Shown: piece after piece, positions 24,801 through 38,283 of the stretch
Layout of the letters: each line of letters opens with the position of its first letter
How positions within the stretch are numbered: the stretch's first letter is position 1
Source: Chromera velia
Taxonomy: Eukaryota
Direction: 5' to 3'
NCBI GenBank assembly: GCA_018398765.1
Contig: JAHBMJ010000333.1
Span: 62,001-126,000, forward strand
Length of the DNA: 64,000 nt
Program-made: the position numbers and the translations under genes
Notes under the pieces: model-generated
Database searches by the model: none
The model's input: only the letters and a program-made list of their open reading frames with translations
Told to the model about the DNA's origin: nothing

Positions 24801-27661
24801 TATGAGATGGAGTCACTCCAAAGTCCAAGCAACACCAAGCAACATCTCCACGATCGGTTCTATGCAGAGGTCTCCGATCCAGTTCTCCAATCAGGAACGC
24901 CGCCCCGAGTTCCCAGTGCACCACGATAATCTCAAAAAGAGGGCTCCGGGCAGCTTGGGATGCAAGGGGACGCTAAATTTCCCCACTCACGGTCTTTGCC
25001 TGACCGTGCCCGTATCGTTGCAATCGGCTTTCAAGTGTTGTACAAAAGGAAGATCTGATCTCCATCACAGAAGGAAAATGAGAGTCGATACTCATCGAAC
25101 TGAACGGTCACCACAATGCTTTGTCCCTCCTGTCCGGCCACCTTATGGCGTCCAGACAATCTGAGAAAGTAAAGCGAGGATAAGAACCTTAGAGAAATTC
25201 TAGAGAAGGAACATAAGCAACACTCATTCAGGCAACAGTTTACAGAAGGTTTACTAATAGCTTTAGAGCGATCTGGGATTCCAATCAGCTGGGTTTATTC
25301 TATCATTGCATAATTTCTACTTTAACATGACTTATGTTTCTCTCTGTTCCTCTCTCTCAGAGTCTCAGACTCCCGATCTATGACAAACAGACATTAGCTT
25401 CAAACGATCCTATCTGTTGCTCAAGTGATATGTTGCTTGAATGCGAACATTGCGAAGGTCAGACTCAACTTCGATCGACACACGCGCGACACGTATGAAG
25501 CAAAGCGCGGCGGCGGAATGTGGTACAACACGCTGGCTCTGAGTCACTCAGTGACTGTTGTGGCATATGCAAAGGCTTAAAGGGCGGCGCTATAGGGTAG
25601 AACTCCACAGATCCCCTCTGGTAACGGATAGAAAAATCGTGTCCTCACGATCAACAAATAAAAAGACCAAGCATGCGTTTTAATGCCTAAAATAGATCTC
25701 ATCCAAGTCACTGTAGATTTTGTTAGAGCTCCGAGAACTTCATCTCGATGGCATCCGTGTCAAAATATTCAAGGCGCCACGTGAATCAGAACGATTTCAA
25801 AGTGCCACAATGTGTGAGGCATGCTCGCAAGTCCAAGATCACCTAGAGATAGGCGCCCAATGCAGATACTGGTGGTACCAATAAAAGCACCTCTTCAGCG
25901 CCTGTGTATGTCGTTGACCGGAAGACTCGATCGGAGTTGTGGGTCTCCAGCACCAGCTAGTTCGGAAGCACAGCGGCCATGCGCATGCGTCCAACTCGGC
26001 GTTATCGAATTGTTAACAGCTGCAAAGGGATGAAGAGAAAAGAAAAGAGTACAGCTATATACTGCTCCACTCATAGCTTCCTGAAAGCCTGTTTGCATGT
26101 CGGCCATCCTTGTTCTCACTAAGCTACTATGCCAAACCAAGTGACTTTAGAATACTCTGTCATGACCTCACTCCTCGAGGTGCATTGCTCTGATTATTCA
26201 ATCGTTTGCTTCATGAGCAGCCATCACCAGCTTCAAATCCTTCCACTTTCTTACTGTCAGTCGAGAAGAACGGTGCAACCGGGACATATCGACCCATTAT
26301 AGGGAAACCCGGCCATGCGGCAATAGTCACACACTTGACTTTTCATACCTCAGGCCTGCCGTTCCCTCAGGGGCATCAAATACGTCCGATGCCTCCTGGT
26401 TCAACATTAAGATCGAAAGTGCAAGTCTCCTCAGCTTTAGACAGCTTCTTATTGTGCAGTAGAAAGAACTTTCTCAGCTCTGCTCTCTTGGAGGGAAGTC
26501 CCGACGACTTTATGTGCATGTGTACACAATGGGTAGAGTGGTTGTAGGGCCGTGGCACACTCAGCCTCCTGCTAAACGCCCATACCTTTCACATCATTTC
26601 AACATAAAAGGATTATTGCACAAAGGTGCCAACCACCATGAATAAGCGCACACACCACCTGACAGAGTCAGACTAAATGCGGACAGTCGTTCATGTGCAG
26701 ACACGCATGCAGCAAACAGCAGAGTCAACGCCGGATATGCACATGCCGGTTCCGATCGATTAGGTACAGAACTAGTCATAGTACACTCACAGAACAGCAA
26801 ACAAAAGAAGCAATCTACTGGCTGTTTCATTTGTGATGCACTCATAGACGGCAATCTCCATGAGATAGAGTCACTCCAAAGTCCAAGCAACACCAAGCAA
26901 CATCTCCACGATCGGTTCCATGCAGAGGTCTCCGATCTAGTTCTCCAATTAGGAACGCTACCCCGAGTTCCCAGTGCACCACGATGATCTTAAAAAGAGG
27001 GCTCCGGGCAGCTTGGGATGCAAGAGGACGCTAAATTTCCCCACTCACGGTCTTTGCCTGACCGTGCCCGTATCGTTGCAATCGGCTTTCAAGTGTTGTA
27101 CAAAAGGAAGATCTGATCTCCATCACAGAAAGAAAACGAGAGTCGACACTCATCGAACTGAGCGGTCACCACAATGCTTTGTCCCTCCTGTCCGGCCACC
27201 TTATGGCGTCCAGACAATCTGAGAAAGTAAAGCGAGGATAAGAACCTTAGGGAAATTCTAGAGAAGGAACATGAGCAACACTCATTTAGGCAACAGTTTA
27301 CAGAAGGTTTAGCTCTAGAGCGATCTGGGACTCCCATCAGCTGGGTTTATTCTATCATTACATAATTTTTACTTTCACATGACTTATGCTTCTCTCTGTT
27401 CCTCTCTCTCAGAGTCTCAGACTCCCGATCTATGACAAACAGACATTAGCCTCAAAGGATCCTATCTGTTGCTCAAGTGACATGTTGCTTGAATACGAAC
27501 ATTGCGAAGGTCAGACTCGACTTCGATCAAGGTGCGCACGACACGTACGAAGCAATTTCAAGCAAAGCGCGGCGGCGGAATGTGGCGCGGCACGCTGGCT
27601 CACTCAGTGACTGTCACAGCGCACACGAAGGCTCAAAGGGTGGCACCATAGGGTAGGACTC
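21845..27661. repeat. Tandem array of a 2058-bp unit (two full copies plus an ~490-bp third partial copy); copy 1 is interrupted by a TIR element
   Basis: TGCTTTGTCCCTCCTGTCCGGCCACCTTATGGCGTCCAGAC at 21845, 25117 and 27175, with paired ORFs (23762/25821, 24318/26376 etc.). The array is flanked by TATAA at 21840-21844 and 27662-27666. Confidence 0.93.
22236..23456. mobile_element. 1221-bp non-autonomous DNA transposon, ~45-bp TIRs, 4-bp TSD (GAAT)
   Basis: The empty site GGCG-GAAT-GTGG is present in the sister copies (~25515 and ~27577). The filled site reads GAAT|GCAACGCGG...GGTCATACAGATGTGTATGGACCAATTAGAA ... TTCTAATTGGTCCATGCACATCTATATAACC...CCGCGTTGC|GAAT. A direct subterminal repeat CTTAACCGGCTCAAAAATTTC sits near both ends. 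Confidence 0.92.
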
Positions 27662-28875
27662 TATAACAATTAAAAAATCGTTAACTATAGTTAACTATAA
27701 TAGTATGATTCCATTCAATAATTGTTGCTTCTTAATTCGTATAAAAGAAGCTCTTTTCGAACCCATTGAATGGTCCCGTTCATACACAGAAAAAAAAAAA
27801 GATTTTTCTCACCTGAACGATCGATCGATCGATCCATCTATCTGGATGTGTCCACGGATGTATGGTGATTAGCTGGTTACCCATAGCGCGGAACGAAGCC
27901 ACCGACAGTATAAGCCTTTTCTAGGCAGTGCATGAACCGCAGGGGGCACCCGGAACATAAATCATGTCCTAACCTAGTGTACAAAGTTGCATTTTTATGC
28001 CTAGGTATTCTAAAACATAAAGATTTCAAATCTAAAAACCAATTAACTTCATACAAACATTTTATCTGCATAAATAAAATATAATTGGAAATTTAATTAT
28101 CTGTAGATAGTAAATATATGTGTTATGCCTAGGGTTATTCGATCAGGCTGCTATGTATGTAAGACGAAACTTAAACAATCAATCAATCAATCAAAACACT
28201 TGAAAAAACATGGTCTTGGCTGATGGTTTGATGATCGAACGGATTCGAACCTTAGACAGATTCTCTGCTAATCTTTTTTTGTAATATAAGTGGGCTCACA
28301 CAATCCCGCGTGAAGCCGATTTTTGAAGGCCCAGCATCTCAATGGTCGCGTTTGCGATCGTTTGCGCACACCTATCAGCCTTTCCTCTCCTGCGCTTCGA
28401 AAATTCCAGATCGTCGCTCCTATTGACACATGCCCCTTCCTCCTTCCGTGTTCTTTCAAGTTGGAGTCTCAGCTTTCCATCCCTTGCGCTTTTGAGCTTC
28501 ACCTAGTCTTTCACCTTCACCGAGGTTGCAATGAAATCTTCTTTCTCACTCAAACAACGAAGCTAAGAACCGAAAAAACGACCAACAAAATTGCTGAGTC
28601 TATTAAAGTCGAAAGAGTGTGGAGTCATTTTGACCTTCCTCTGTCTCTCTCAACTGTCTATGGCGCAAAAAATCAAGGGACCCCCAATGCCTGATCTTTG
28701 CTTCTCAGTGGTCACATATCAATTCCTTTTTCTCATGACTACGCAAGGAGGGAACGGAGGACACACTCGCACCGATCGAGCACAGGAACAAACGGAAAAG
28801 CAGAGAGTGGATTTTCCCTCCAGCAACATTCTCTTGAATCTTCCTGTCTTCCTTCCTTGATCGATTTGGTGGCTG

Positions 28876-29770
28876 TCATACCAGAGGGGGCAGATTCCCT
28901 GCAGGGACATGTAGGCACGCAAAAAAGTCAAGGAGTCTGTGAAGAAAAAAGAGAGAACGCAAATCGAGCAGTCTGTCTCTCTCTGGCTGCCCGCCCCTCC
29001 CGGTCTTCTTGGATTCCAGCCACATCATTGCGAACCAACAAGGGCATGTCTTTGTTTCCACATGACACGAGAAATCAACGGAAGTGTTCCTTTCTCGTTG
29101 TTCTCCTGCTTTGCCACTTAACTGACTGACTGACGTCTGCACGTTGGGCACTCCATCTTGACTTCCATCCATTTGATGAGACAGGCCTCGTGGAAAACGT
29201 GGTCGCATGGGGTCACAACACGAATCTGCATGCAGACAGACAGACAGAGAGATGGGGGGCGACAGGAAGGGGGGTAATCGGCAATCTACAGGATAAGAAG
29301 AAGAGGAAGGAGCTGAGCGCTGCGATAAAGGAAACTGGACCATGCGTTCCTTCCATTTTCTGATTTTTTCTGCTTTTTTTCAGGGGAATAAAAAGCATGG
29401 CTCTTTTTTCCCTTGTTTCTTTCTCTTTCGTTTCAGTCATCATTCAGTCAAATTGGCCGACTAGCAGGAAAACCATCATCTACATGGAGATAAAATTCAT
29501 GAACCGACCTGGGAAGAAGATCTCCGAAAAGCGGGGAGTATGCTTGGTCTGCGTGTACGTGGAGGGCATCGGAAAAAAGGACAGAATCATACAAAGTCAT
29601 GTTTTTTGAGACGTTTATACACGCATTGCACCTCATCAGAACCTTTCGATTGGGAACCTCTGAGTCGGACAGAGGTTTTCTGAAAACACTTTTAGAAGGG
29701 ATATTCCTTTGTGGATGTGTCCTTACTCGTTCAGTCAGTCAACCGATGAAGGACTGAAGAGAGGTCACAG

Positions 29771-29809
<39 letters not shown>

Positions 29810-29812
29810 AAC

Positions 29813-29848
<36 letters not shown>

Positions 29849-29937
29849 GGACTATATCGTCTTTTCTTTCCTTTTTCAGACAGATAGACAGACAAACTAT
29901 ATGTTTCTTCTTCTCCCTTCTTTTCTTCATGGACACA

Positions 29938-29969
<32 letters not shown>

Positions 29970-29989
29970 GCAGATTCGGACCCTATTGA

Positions 29990-30050
<61 letters not shown>

Positions 30051-32866
30051 TGTCTGTCTGTCTACTCGACTGACGCCTCATCCATCTGGATCTCGTTCAT
30101 GCAGATGACGCATTCGAGACCTAGACCTGCGAGGCCTCCCTGAAGCCCTGCGGCGGTGCCCCCAATCGTTGAAGCTTCTGTCCCTGTTTCCGTCTCTGTG
30201 TCCCCCCCGTCTCTTCCCATTCCCTCCTCCTCGTCCCCCCCCTTCGGCCCCTCGCCCTCTCCCCTTTTGGGGGATCCGGGCGAAGGACTCGTCGTCCCTC
30301 CCCGCCTCCCCTCCTCCAATGCCTGCAGCTCTCGGACGGGCACAGGCCTGCACGCACGCACGCACGCACCCACACACGCACACTCTACACACACCTACAC
30401 ACGTAGTGACACTTGTGCTTCTCTGCTTCCGTTCTCTGAGTGAGCGTCCTCTTTTGGTGTGCACTTGCCATCGGATCCCTGCTTCCATGGGGACGTCAGT
30501 TCATCAAAAGATTTCAGAAGATCCAGTAAAAGTACAGCAAACCTATCCGACCCCTACCCCACATCCATCTCTGCTCTCCCAGCTGCCGACCTGTAGTAAT
30601 TGTACACGTGGGGCAACAATCCCCGGGGAATGAAGCACCGAGGCCCGAATCTCCGTTGAAGAAACATCAGCCAGACTTGCACTGTCTGCACGGACAGAGA
30701 CAAGGGGAAAGTGAGAGACGAAAAGGGCAGTGCAGAGAAGTGACTGGCAAGGGAGGCACAGAAACATCACATACCCACCAGACAGACAAGTGGGGGATTG
30801 CCTGAGGCAGGGAGCCACAAAGAGAGAGAATGTGAACTTGCAGGACCGGCTTTTCTGCCTTCGTGCAACTCGAGTGCAGACAAGCAACGGAAAAAACGCT
30901 ACACGAGGCTGGCAGCGAGCACAGAAGATGAAATACTGGGGAGGAAATAACGAAAGGAAGGCCCCACCATGCATCAGTTTGGGTATATGCAGGAACAAAA
31001 ACAGAAAAACAGAGAAACATGGGCACGCAGGACCGCTGGCAGAGGGAAAGACAGAGAGGTAGAAGAAAGAAAGAGAACATACTTACTGACAGGCACGATC
31101 AGCATTGTCAACGCAAGACCGAACATCGGTCCCCCTGCTGAGGGGTACACAACGCCGTTGAAGATTGTGGCGGGACAGCCCCAGACATACAGAGGCAGCA
31201 CCAGACGGCAAAGCGTCGTGCCCATGATAAAGTTCGGATGCAAACTATTCCTGCACAGCCATCATGACGGGACAGCACAAGAATCGTCAAACGAATCCAG
31301 AGAAAATGCCGGGACAGTTGATACGTGTTTTCATTTACACAGTGACTCTCTGCTCCAAGGCAGTTCAACACCTCGATCCTTTGAAAATTTGAGGCAAACG
31401 AATTCCCGCCACCTCCCCACCCTCTGCTCCTCCAATAAAACTTCTCAAGAAAAACCATCCCGCTCACTTGGAGATACTGCCCCGAGAGAAAGAGAGAGAT
31501 AGAGATGCACGTTTCTCCGATGGCCCTCTCTTACTAACTGCAACACATACACAAGACTGAAAAGAATCGAAAGAGGGAGAGAAAGGGAAGACCGAAAAAG
31601 AAAAAAAAGAGAGACTCACCGATTCCCTGTCCACGCGTCTCGAGCTATTTGCGGCAGCCAGTACAGGGACAGAATCAGCGCTAGCGGCACCAGCAGGAAG
31701 GGCAGGGCATGTACAAGAATCACGAGGAGCATCGCCACCAGGTGATACCGCCCGTACAGAAACATCAGCTCAGACCTGAAGGCCAAAAAAGAGAGCAAGG
31801 AAAGAGGCGGGGCGCAGAGGATGAGCTATTCTTGGAGAGCTTTGGTCATAAAACAGAAAAGCCGAGGAAAAAGAACGGACAAGAAAAAAGACGAAAGGAG
31901 AGTGGCTGGAAACAGAACAAGAGGCGCAAGACACACAGAATCACTTCTTCCACTTCTCTCGCTGACCTCACTTGAGTCCACCCATCCTCATTCGCGTTGT
32001 TCTGTTCGTTGCGATACCGAAAAACCGTCAGGACAAAGCGAATTTCCACTAACGATACCAACCCAAACTGCAAGCATACAGAGAGGCATGAAACTCAGCC
32101 AAACCCCAACGACGAAAACAGCTGACTTCCTCCCTCCCGTCTCATTTTTGGATGACTCGGAACGCACACCGCACCCACGCATGGAGACGGACTAGCGGGG
32201 ATGCAAGAGACAACAGGGCAAATTAGCTCCACCAGGACCAGACATGCGCACCTAACAAAACCCCAAAGATACCCATAGAGGAGCTTGTCAGCACTCCAGT
32301 CGAACATTCTTTTTCACAGAGATCACGAGAAACGGGTGACAGCCAAAGAGCATGATGCAAGACATTACAGTCAATTTGCCAGCCAACCACAAAAGCGACA
32401 CACTCCATTCTTTCCTCCCTCCCTCCGTCAATTCAGGGCAGGGAAAAGCCACGGACCGACCTTGAAGAGTGCCATCACATAAAGTGTAGTGTACATGAAC
32501 CTGACGTGGGCCGCTGCAGCAAAGAGCAGCCAGACCTCGAGCACGTCTGCGTAGATCATCATCGCAAGGGAGGCCAACGAGACCTTCCCCCCCCCAGAGG
32601 TGGCAGACTGAAAGATCTGGAACGCGAACAGGACGATCTGCAGTCGTTCAGGAAGCGAATCAACCAGCGACAAAGCAAGGAAAGATGTGGAATTGAAACA
32701 GACGTACGTGAAACCGCACAAAAAGAAAGGAAGAAAGAAAGAAAGGAAGAAAGGAGGAAAGGAAGAAAGGAGGGAAGGAAAGAAGGAAGGAAGGAAGGAG
32801 CAAAGCAACGCAACGCAAAGCAAAGCAAAGCGAAAGGAAGGAAGGAAGGAAGGAGGGAAGGAAGGA

Positions 32867-32914
<48 letters not shown>

Positions 32915-33012
32915 AAAGAAAGAAAGAAAGAAAGAAAGAAAGAAAAGAAAGAAAGAAAGAAAGAAAGAAAGAAAAGAAAGAAAAGAAAGAAAGAAAGAAA
33001 AGAAAGAAAGAA

Positions 33013-33063
<51 letters not shown>

Positions 33064-34369
33064 GGAAGGAAGAAACAAGGCGCAAGGCAAGACGACTACA
33101 AGGCAAGATGACTACAGGCCCTTCATAGTATTCAACGACTGCGTATTCCTCTTTTGATGGCGTGACTCAAAGTTGATCAATGTTTCCTGACTGACCCACC
33201 TGCACGACTGTGAGGATCTCCATGATCACCGACAAGATCAAGACTTTCCTTCCCAGTTTCTGCATGTCAATTTCCTCTCCAGCAAACTGAAGCAACCACC
33301 CGCAATCCCCACTAGCAGCCTTCCCCACCACATCCACCTTCCACCCCCCCGGGCGTCCATGCACTGCCCCCCCAAACAAATCCAATGCAGGGTCGTGGTC
33401 TCTCGACAAAGTGGAACGGCGGGGAGAAGACGAAAGACTGGAGGAGTCCGTATCAGCCCCCCCCTCTGTCTGAAAGAGGTCATTCAGGTCTTCAGGGGCG
33501 GGGGGGAGAGACAGGAATGGAGACGGGGTCAACAGTCCGTCTTCCGTCTCCTCAAGTAATCCTCCTGTCTCCCCCACGGCGAAGGGGGCAGACAGGTCCC
33601 CGAGAGATGTACCGTCCCCTGAGGGAGAAGGGGGTAGTCGAGAAAAGAACTGAGATTCCCCCCCTTCCCCTTCTTCCTCTCCGTCATCTTCCCCCCCCAC
33701 CAAACTGAGACGCCTCTCTGACCCTGTACTGGCGTCATCCCATTGTGAATTCTGAAGTGCTGCGTGCCGTTCCTTGATAAACTTCTGAAAACGGTCTTCA
33801 GGGATGAGCAAGTTTAGGGTCAAATCAACGGAACACGACTTCGGACGGTACTCAAGTTTCTCGTCTCCTCTGTGAAGGATTTGAGGAGTGACAAGATCTT
33901 CCGGGAAAGAGAAGAAATCCTCCTCCCCCACAGTTCCCTGAAAGTAAATTTTGTTCTGATCAAGTAAATGCAGACCTCCTGTGAGGGTGATCGCGTTGGT
34001 ATGTCCTTTGTTGACGTTGTCAAGAAAGATCGTGACTGTGGCATATCGAGCATTGCTCATCTCCATGTAATACGAACTCAATTGGATGCGCGCTTTGTCG
34101 ACCACCCTCTTCCCACTTTGCAGATTCATCATCTCAAAGCGCCCACTGAACGTCTCTTCGTAAGAGATCCCGTCAGGGGAAGTGGAGGGCTCACCGCTGT
34201 TCTTGTACTTGTTCGGATTCATTGCCGCAGGAAAGAGGACCCAGGGCATCAGGATGAGTAGACCGAACAGAAGGCAGAGAACATACTGTGCTCGGGACTG
34301 CGGATGATCCCCATCCGTCGGGGAGTCCCCTCCTTGCCCTGTCTGCTGGGCATTGTTGGTGGCGTCCAT
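28876..34369 (-). CDS. Transmembrane RING-H2 E3 ubiquitin ligase, Tul1/Dsc1/FLY1-like (multi-exon)
   Basis: Exon 1 (34369-33200) has an N-terminal TM and a lumenal domain. Later exons give GGKVSLASLAMMIYAD, SLYWLPQIARDAW, HPNFIMGTTLCRLVLPLYVWGCP, LQRRFGPRCFIPRGLLPHVYNYY, ECVICMNEI, VTPCDHVFHEACLIKWMEVKMECPTCR and a last exon RNLPPLV* (28898-28876). These match the recalled Tul1/FLY architecture; introns are GT-AG. Confidence 0.9.
32720..33075. repeat. Intronic (GAAA)n/(GGAA)n microsatellite
   Basis: Direct inspection; lies in intron 1 of the E3 ligase. Confidence 0.95.
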
Positions 34370-34641
34370 CTTGTGGCCACCTGCCTGTAGCTGTGTGTTG
34401 TACAGAGGGCTCTGTCTGCACTCTGATCTACACGCGTTTCTTCGATCGTGTGTCTTGAAGTGAGGGGAGTGTGAAGCAAGGAGATGCGAAACTCCAGGCT
34501 GCGAACTTATCCGTGCCTTTGGAAAGCTTTGGTGATGACTTCATCTGGAAGATTCTTCAGTGAAGACGACGTCTCTCACTCAAGACTCTGTGTGCGAAAT
34601 CATGACAGAGTCTTTCTAGCTAAGCTCGGAATAGCTCGATC

Positions 34642-34785
34642 ATGCGCTGCCGCAGAAGCCGGCCGGGATGCGCGTCAAGTTCGGCCCGCGTGACCGACCA
34701 AAATTATTTCGGCCTTGTGCGCTGCCGCATAAGTCGGGATGCGCGTCAAGTTCGGCCCGCGCGGGACCGACCAAAAGTATTTCGG
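34642..34785. promoter_or_regulatory. ~70-bp tandem duplication in the divergent intergenic (promoter) region
   Basis: TGCGCTGCCGCA...CGGGATGCGCGTCAAGTTCGGCCCGCG..ACCGACCAAAA.TATTTCGGC occurs twice between the head-to-head ATGs at 34369 (-) and 35236 (+). The regulatory role is inferred from position only. Confidence 0.5.
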
Positions 34786-35235
34786 CTCACAGTGTCTCAA
34801 TGGATAAATATGGATGATGCGACTCAAGTGGGTAGACGATGGTAGACGGACGTCTTTTCGTGCAGCGAATCTTAATATCAGCGAATCGTGCTCGACTTTT
34901 TTGTAGACACAGAAGGGACGTGTACCCACCCTCCACTTCCTCCTGTCGGCTGGCCGGTTCTCCTCGTGTTCTCCCTCTGCGTCGCATCTGTTGCATCGCG
35001 CCGTCTCCAACAAGGAGTCCTTGCATGCTGCATTCCTTTCCGTGCTACCTCAAGCCCAGATCTGACCTTCAAGCAGTGCGCGCAGACGCAAAAAGATTCC
35101 ATCGATTTTTGCATGGCCACACTGCCTCACCAGACAGATACTGCACGTAGAAGGGGGCCGAGTGAAAAAGGAACCGAGGGAGAAGTGGATCCCGAGTGTC
35201 GGAGTCGGACCAAAGCAAACAGAAAAAAGCCCTCC

Positions 35236-38030
35236 ATGGCAGCCGCACCCGTGCAGTACAGGCTCACACCAAGCGAGCCCCCCCAAGAGGGAGCCCGTCC
35301 CTTTGCATGGCACCCCGTGAGCGCGGCAGCGTTCTACGAACAGTACCACGGACACCCAGAGGAGATGCTCCCTCATGTCCATCAGGCACTTAGAGAATCT
35401 GGTCAGCCGGTCTTCCTTTCGTACCATTCCCAGCTTCCCTCTTCGTTTTCTTTTTTGCCTTTCCAGCAGATGTCCCATTCTGGGCCTCTTTTCTCTTCCT
35501 CAACACTTTCGTTCTTTCTTCTTACACCTGTACATATATGTGTGCGACCATGCAGGCAAACGGTCGATGATCTTCTTTGCGGGGGACAGTTCTCTGGACA
35601 ACAAACACTGGCTGTGGCCGGGAGCGAAGACGGAGGCGGCACTGGTGGACCCCCGGGAGGTCGCGAGGCCCCGTTTCACCGCCCCCGCCTGCAACGGATA
35701 CGAAAGGGTCCTGGCCCCACCCAGAATGTCAGTCTGTCTGTCTAACGGTCAGACTGTTTTTCAAGGTCCGATCGCCATGAGTGAAACTGAAGATGAAGAC
35801 GTGATTGCATCTCCACCTCTTCAAGTTCGGGGCCCGGGAGAAGTGAAATTCTGTACTCCCTGTCTCGTGTTTACAGCAATCTACCGCGATGGTTTGGAGC
35901 ATCGATGCCATCCTTTTCTGCAGACAGTGCATGGTTCCATGGGTGGGAACAGAGATCTGGTTCATTGACCCTGTCTTTTTTTCTGATGTTCCTCTCCTAT
36001 TTCGGATCATCGCTATTCTCTCTCCCCTCGCACCTTCCTTCCTTTCCCTGCCTCCCTTTTTTTCCATCCCTCATCCTTTGCTCCTTTTTGCCTTCCTTCA
36101 TTCTTCCGTTTCTCAATTCTCTCCTTTTCCCCTCCCTCCTCTCAGGATTCTGGACGTTTCCTATTGGGTGAACAGACTCTGCTCTGAGAGGGCGCCGTGG
36201 ATGGCCTGTCTGAACACGGCGGTGGAGGCGACCACTCTGGGTTCTCGTGAGTGTTGTGGACTGAAGGACCACGACGTGTTCATCTCAGAGAACATCACAC
36301 AGGAGGACTTTTTGGTTGTCTCTGTGGGGGGGAACGACGTTGCGTTGGCACCCTCTGTGAGCACGATCTGTAACATGCTCTCCCTTGTGTGCTGTACCAG
36401 TCGGAGCTGTGTGGAAAAACAGGGGTGCTACTGTGGGGGGGGGTGGACCTGTCCGGGATGCACCTGCTGCTGCTGGAAGGCGGGCAGCTGTGGGTGTGGG
36501 TGGCCGCCTGGTCTCGGGCATTTTGTTCTCATGTTCAGGTCAGCTTGCTGCAATGGGGGAGGGCAGTGGGACGGGTTCTCTTCGGGACTGTTGTCTCTCT
36601 CTTGCGGCCGGTACTTTTTCTCCGTTCCCTTTTCTTCTTCGGTTGAAGTGAACCAGGTTTCCTATCGTTTTCTTCCCTTTCCTCCGCGAGTCTCTCTTCT
36701 CTCTTTCTGAATATCTCTTCCCCCATTCGGAGTCCTTCCATGCGTCCAGTCTGTTCTCTTCTGTTTTGTTTTGTATTTTTTTGTTTATTTTCTCCTGTCC
36801 AGGTGGAGAATCCAGGCCTACATCGAGAGAATCGTGGGACGACTTCCAAGAAAGCCCAAAAAGGTGAATGGGTCAAACACGACAGGATGTGAAGCATGCT
36901 GTGGAGTGAAGTCTTGTAAAGCCGTGAGGCAGACTGACAATTCATGGTTGGGTCCTTGTTTTGTCTGCACTCGTTTTCCTGTCTGTTTAGTTTCTTTGTG
37001 TCTGTGGTCGTTGAGAAGAGACTCATGGCAATCTATCTCCCTGGTGCTCATTTCAGACGCTCGTGCAACGAAACCTTTTCCAGCACCTCCACATATACAC
37101 CTCTACTCTGGTGCGATATCCGATCGGTGTTGATTGATTTGTTTTCTTTCTTTCTTTCTTTCTTTGTGTCTGCATGCAGGTCCTTGTGTGTATGATCTAT
37201 TTTCCCGATGAGGAAGCTGGGGGATCCTGGGCAGACGCCACACTGTCTGCTTTGGGATATAACACTAACCCCAGAAAGCTGCAAACAGTGAGTCAGTCAG
37301 TCAGTGGGTTTTTCTTTGCCTGTTTGGTTGGTAAGATGCTTACACTGCGTGCGGTGGCTCGATCTCTGTCTGCTATTCTCCCTTTGGTCCATCTGCTCTC
37401 TCTTTGGATTCTCTGGGCCGAAACATATTTTTTCATTTCGTAGCCGTCGCTCTCTATGCGCAGTCATTTTCCATCCACGAAGCGCTGCTCGTTTCCATCT
37501 TGCATTTACATCGGTGCTTGCGATGATTGCGATGTCGTTCTTTTTCCCTCTTCCCTTTCTGTCTGTCTCGTCTCTTTCCGTCCTCTTCTGTCTGTGTCTG
37601 TGTCTGTCACTGCTCTCCCCTTGTCAATGCTTGTTCTGCCCCTTTTCGCATCCATATCGTCCTTTCAGCATCCTCACAAGGAAAATGATTGATGTTTGTC
37701 TGCTCTTACCAATATCCTCGTGAGGTCCCCTGATTTTCTTTAATTGGGTGATCTCCTATGTCGTTCTCGTCTGGCCACTCCTGAGGTCTCCTTTTCCTTT
37801 TGTCTGTGTGCCTGCAGATTATCCGGAAAGTGTTTGAGCTCGCGACCTCCCAGATCCGTCTGAAGGGCACGGAGGTTGTTCCTGTCCCTCTCTTCCATGT
37901 CCTCGACGGCAGTGACTCGAGGGACTATGACAACAGGGTGGAGCCATCTGCGGAGGGAGGCGCAAAAATGGCAGAAGCGATCCTGCAGGCAGTCCTGGCA
38001 CTCCCCCAAGTCGGGATTCCGCCTCGCTGA
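35236..38030 (+). CDS. SGNH/GDSL-like hydrolase-fold protein (about 6 exons)
   Basis: Approximate exons 35236-35401, 35556-35727, 36146-36538, 36804-36863, 37180-37288 and 37819-38030 join across GT-AG introns. Motifs are IFFAGDSSLDN (block I), VSVGGND (block III) and DYDNRVEPSAEGGAKMAEAI (block V position), with a Cys-rich insert. Confidence 0.8.
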
Positions 38031-38283
38031 TCGAGCTGTGATTCGATCAAGCATTATTCAAGCATTTCACCATTCGTACAAAAAGATGACACTAGAGATG
38101 ACAAAAAGATGACAGTGACTCGGACAGTGTCATTAAATGAATTTATGCAGACAATGTACAAAGTTAAAGATGAATTATCCATGACTCATGATCGTGACTA
38201 GGGTAACACCGTAAGTTAGTTGGTCCGTAACAGCAGTGGGCTTCTAGCCTTCTTTCCATTCTTCTTTCTTTCCTTGCTTGCTT

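Noticed and set aside
28268..29129. Plus-strand ORFs of 90-140 aa
   Set aside because: They overlap or adjoin the E3 ligase 3' end on the opposite strand and have no protein-like signature.
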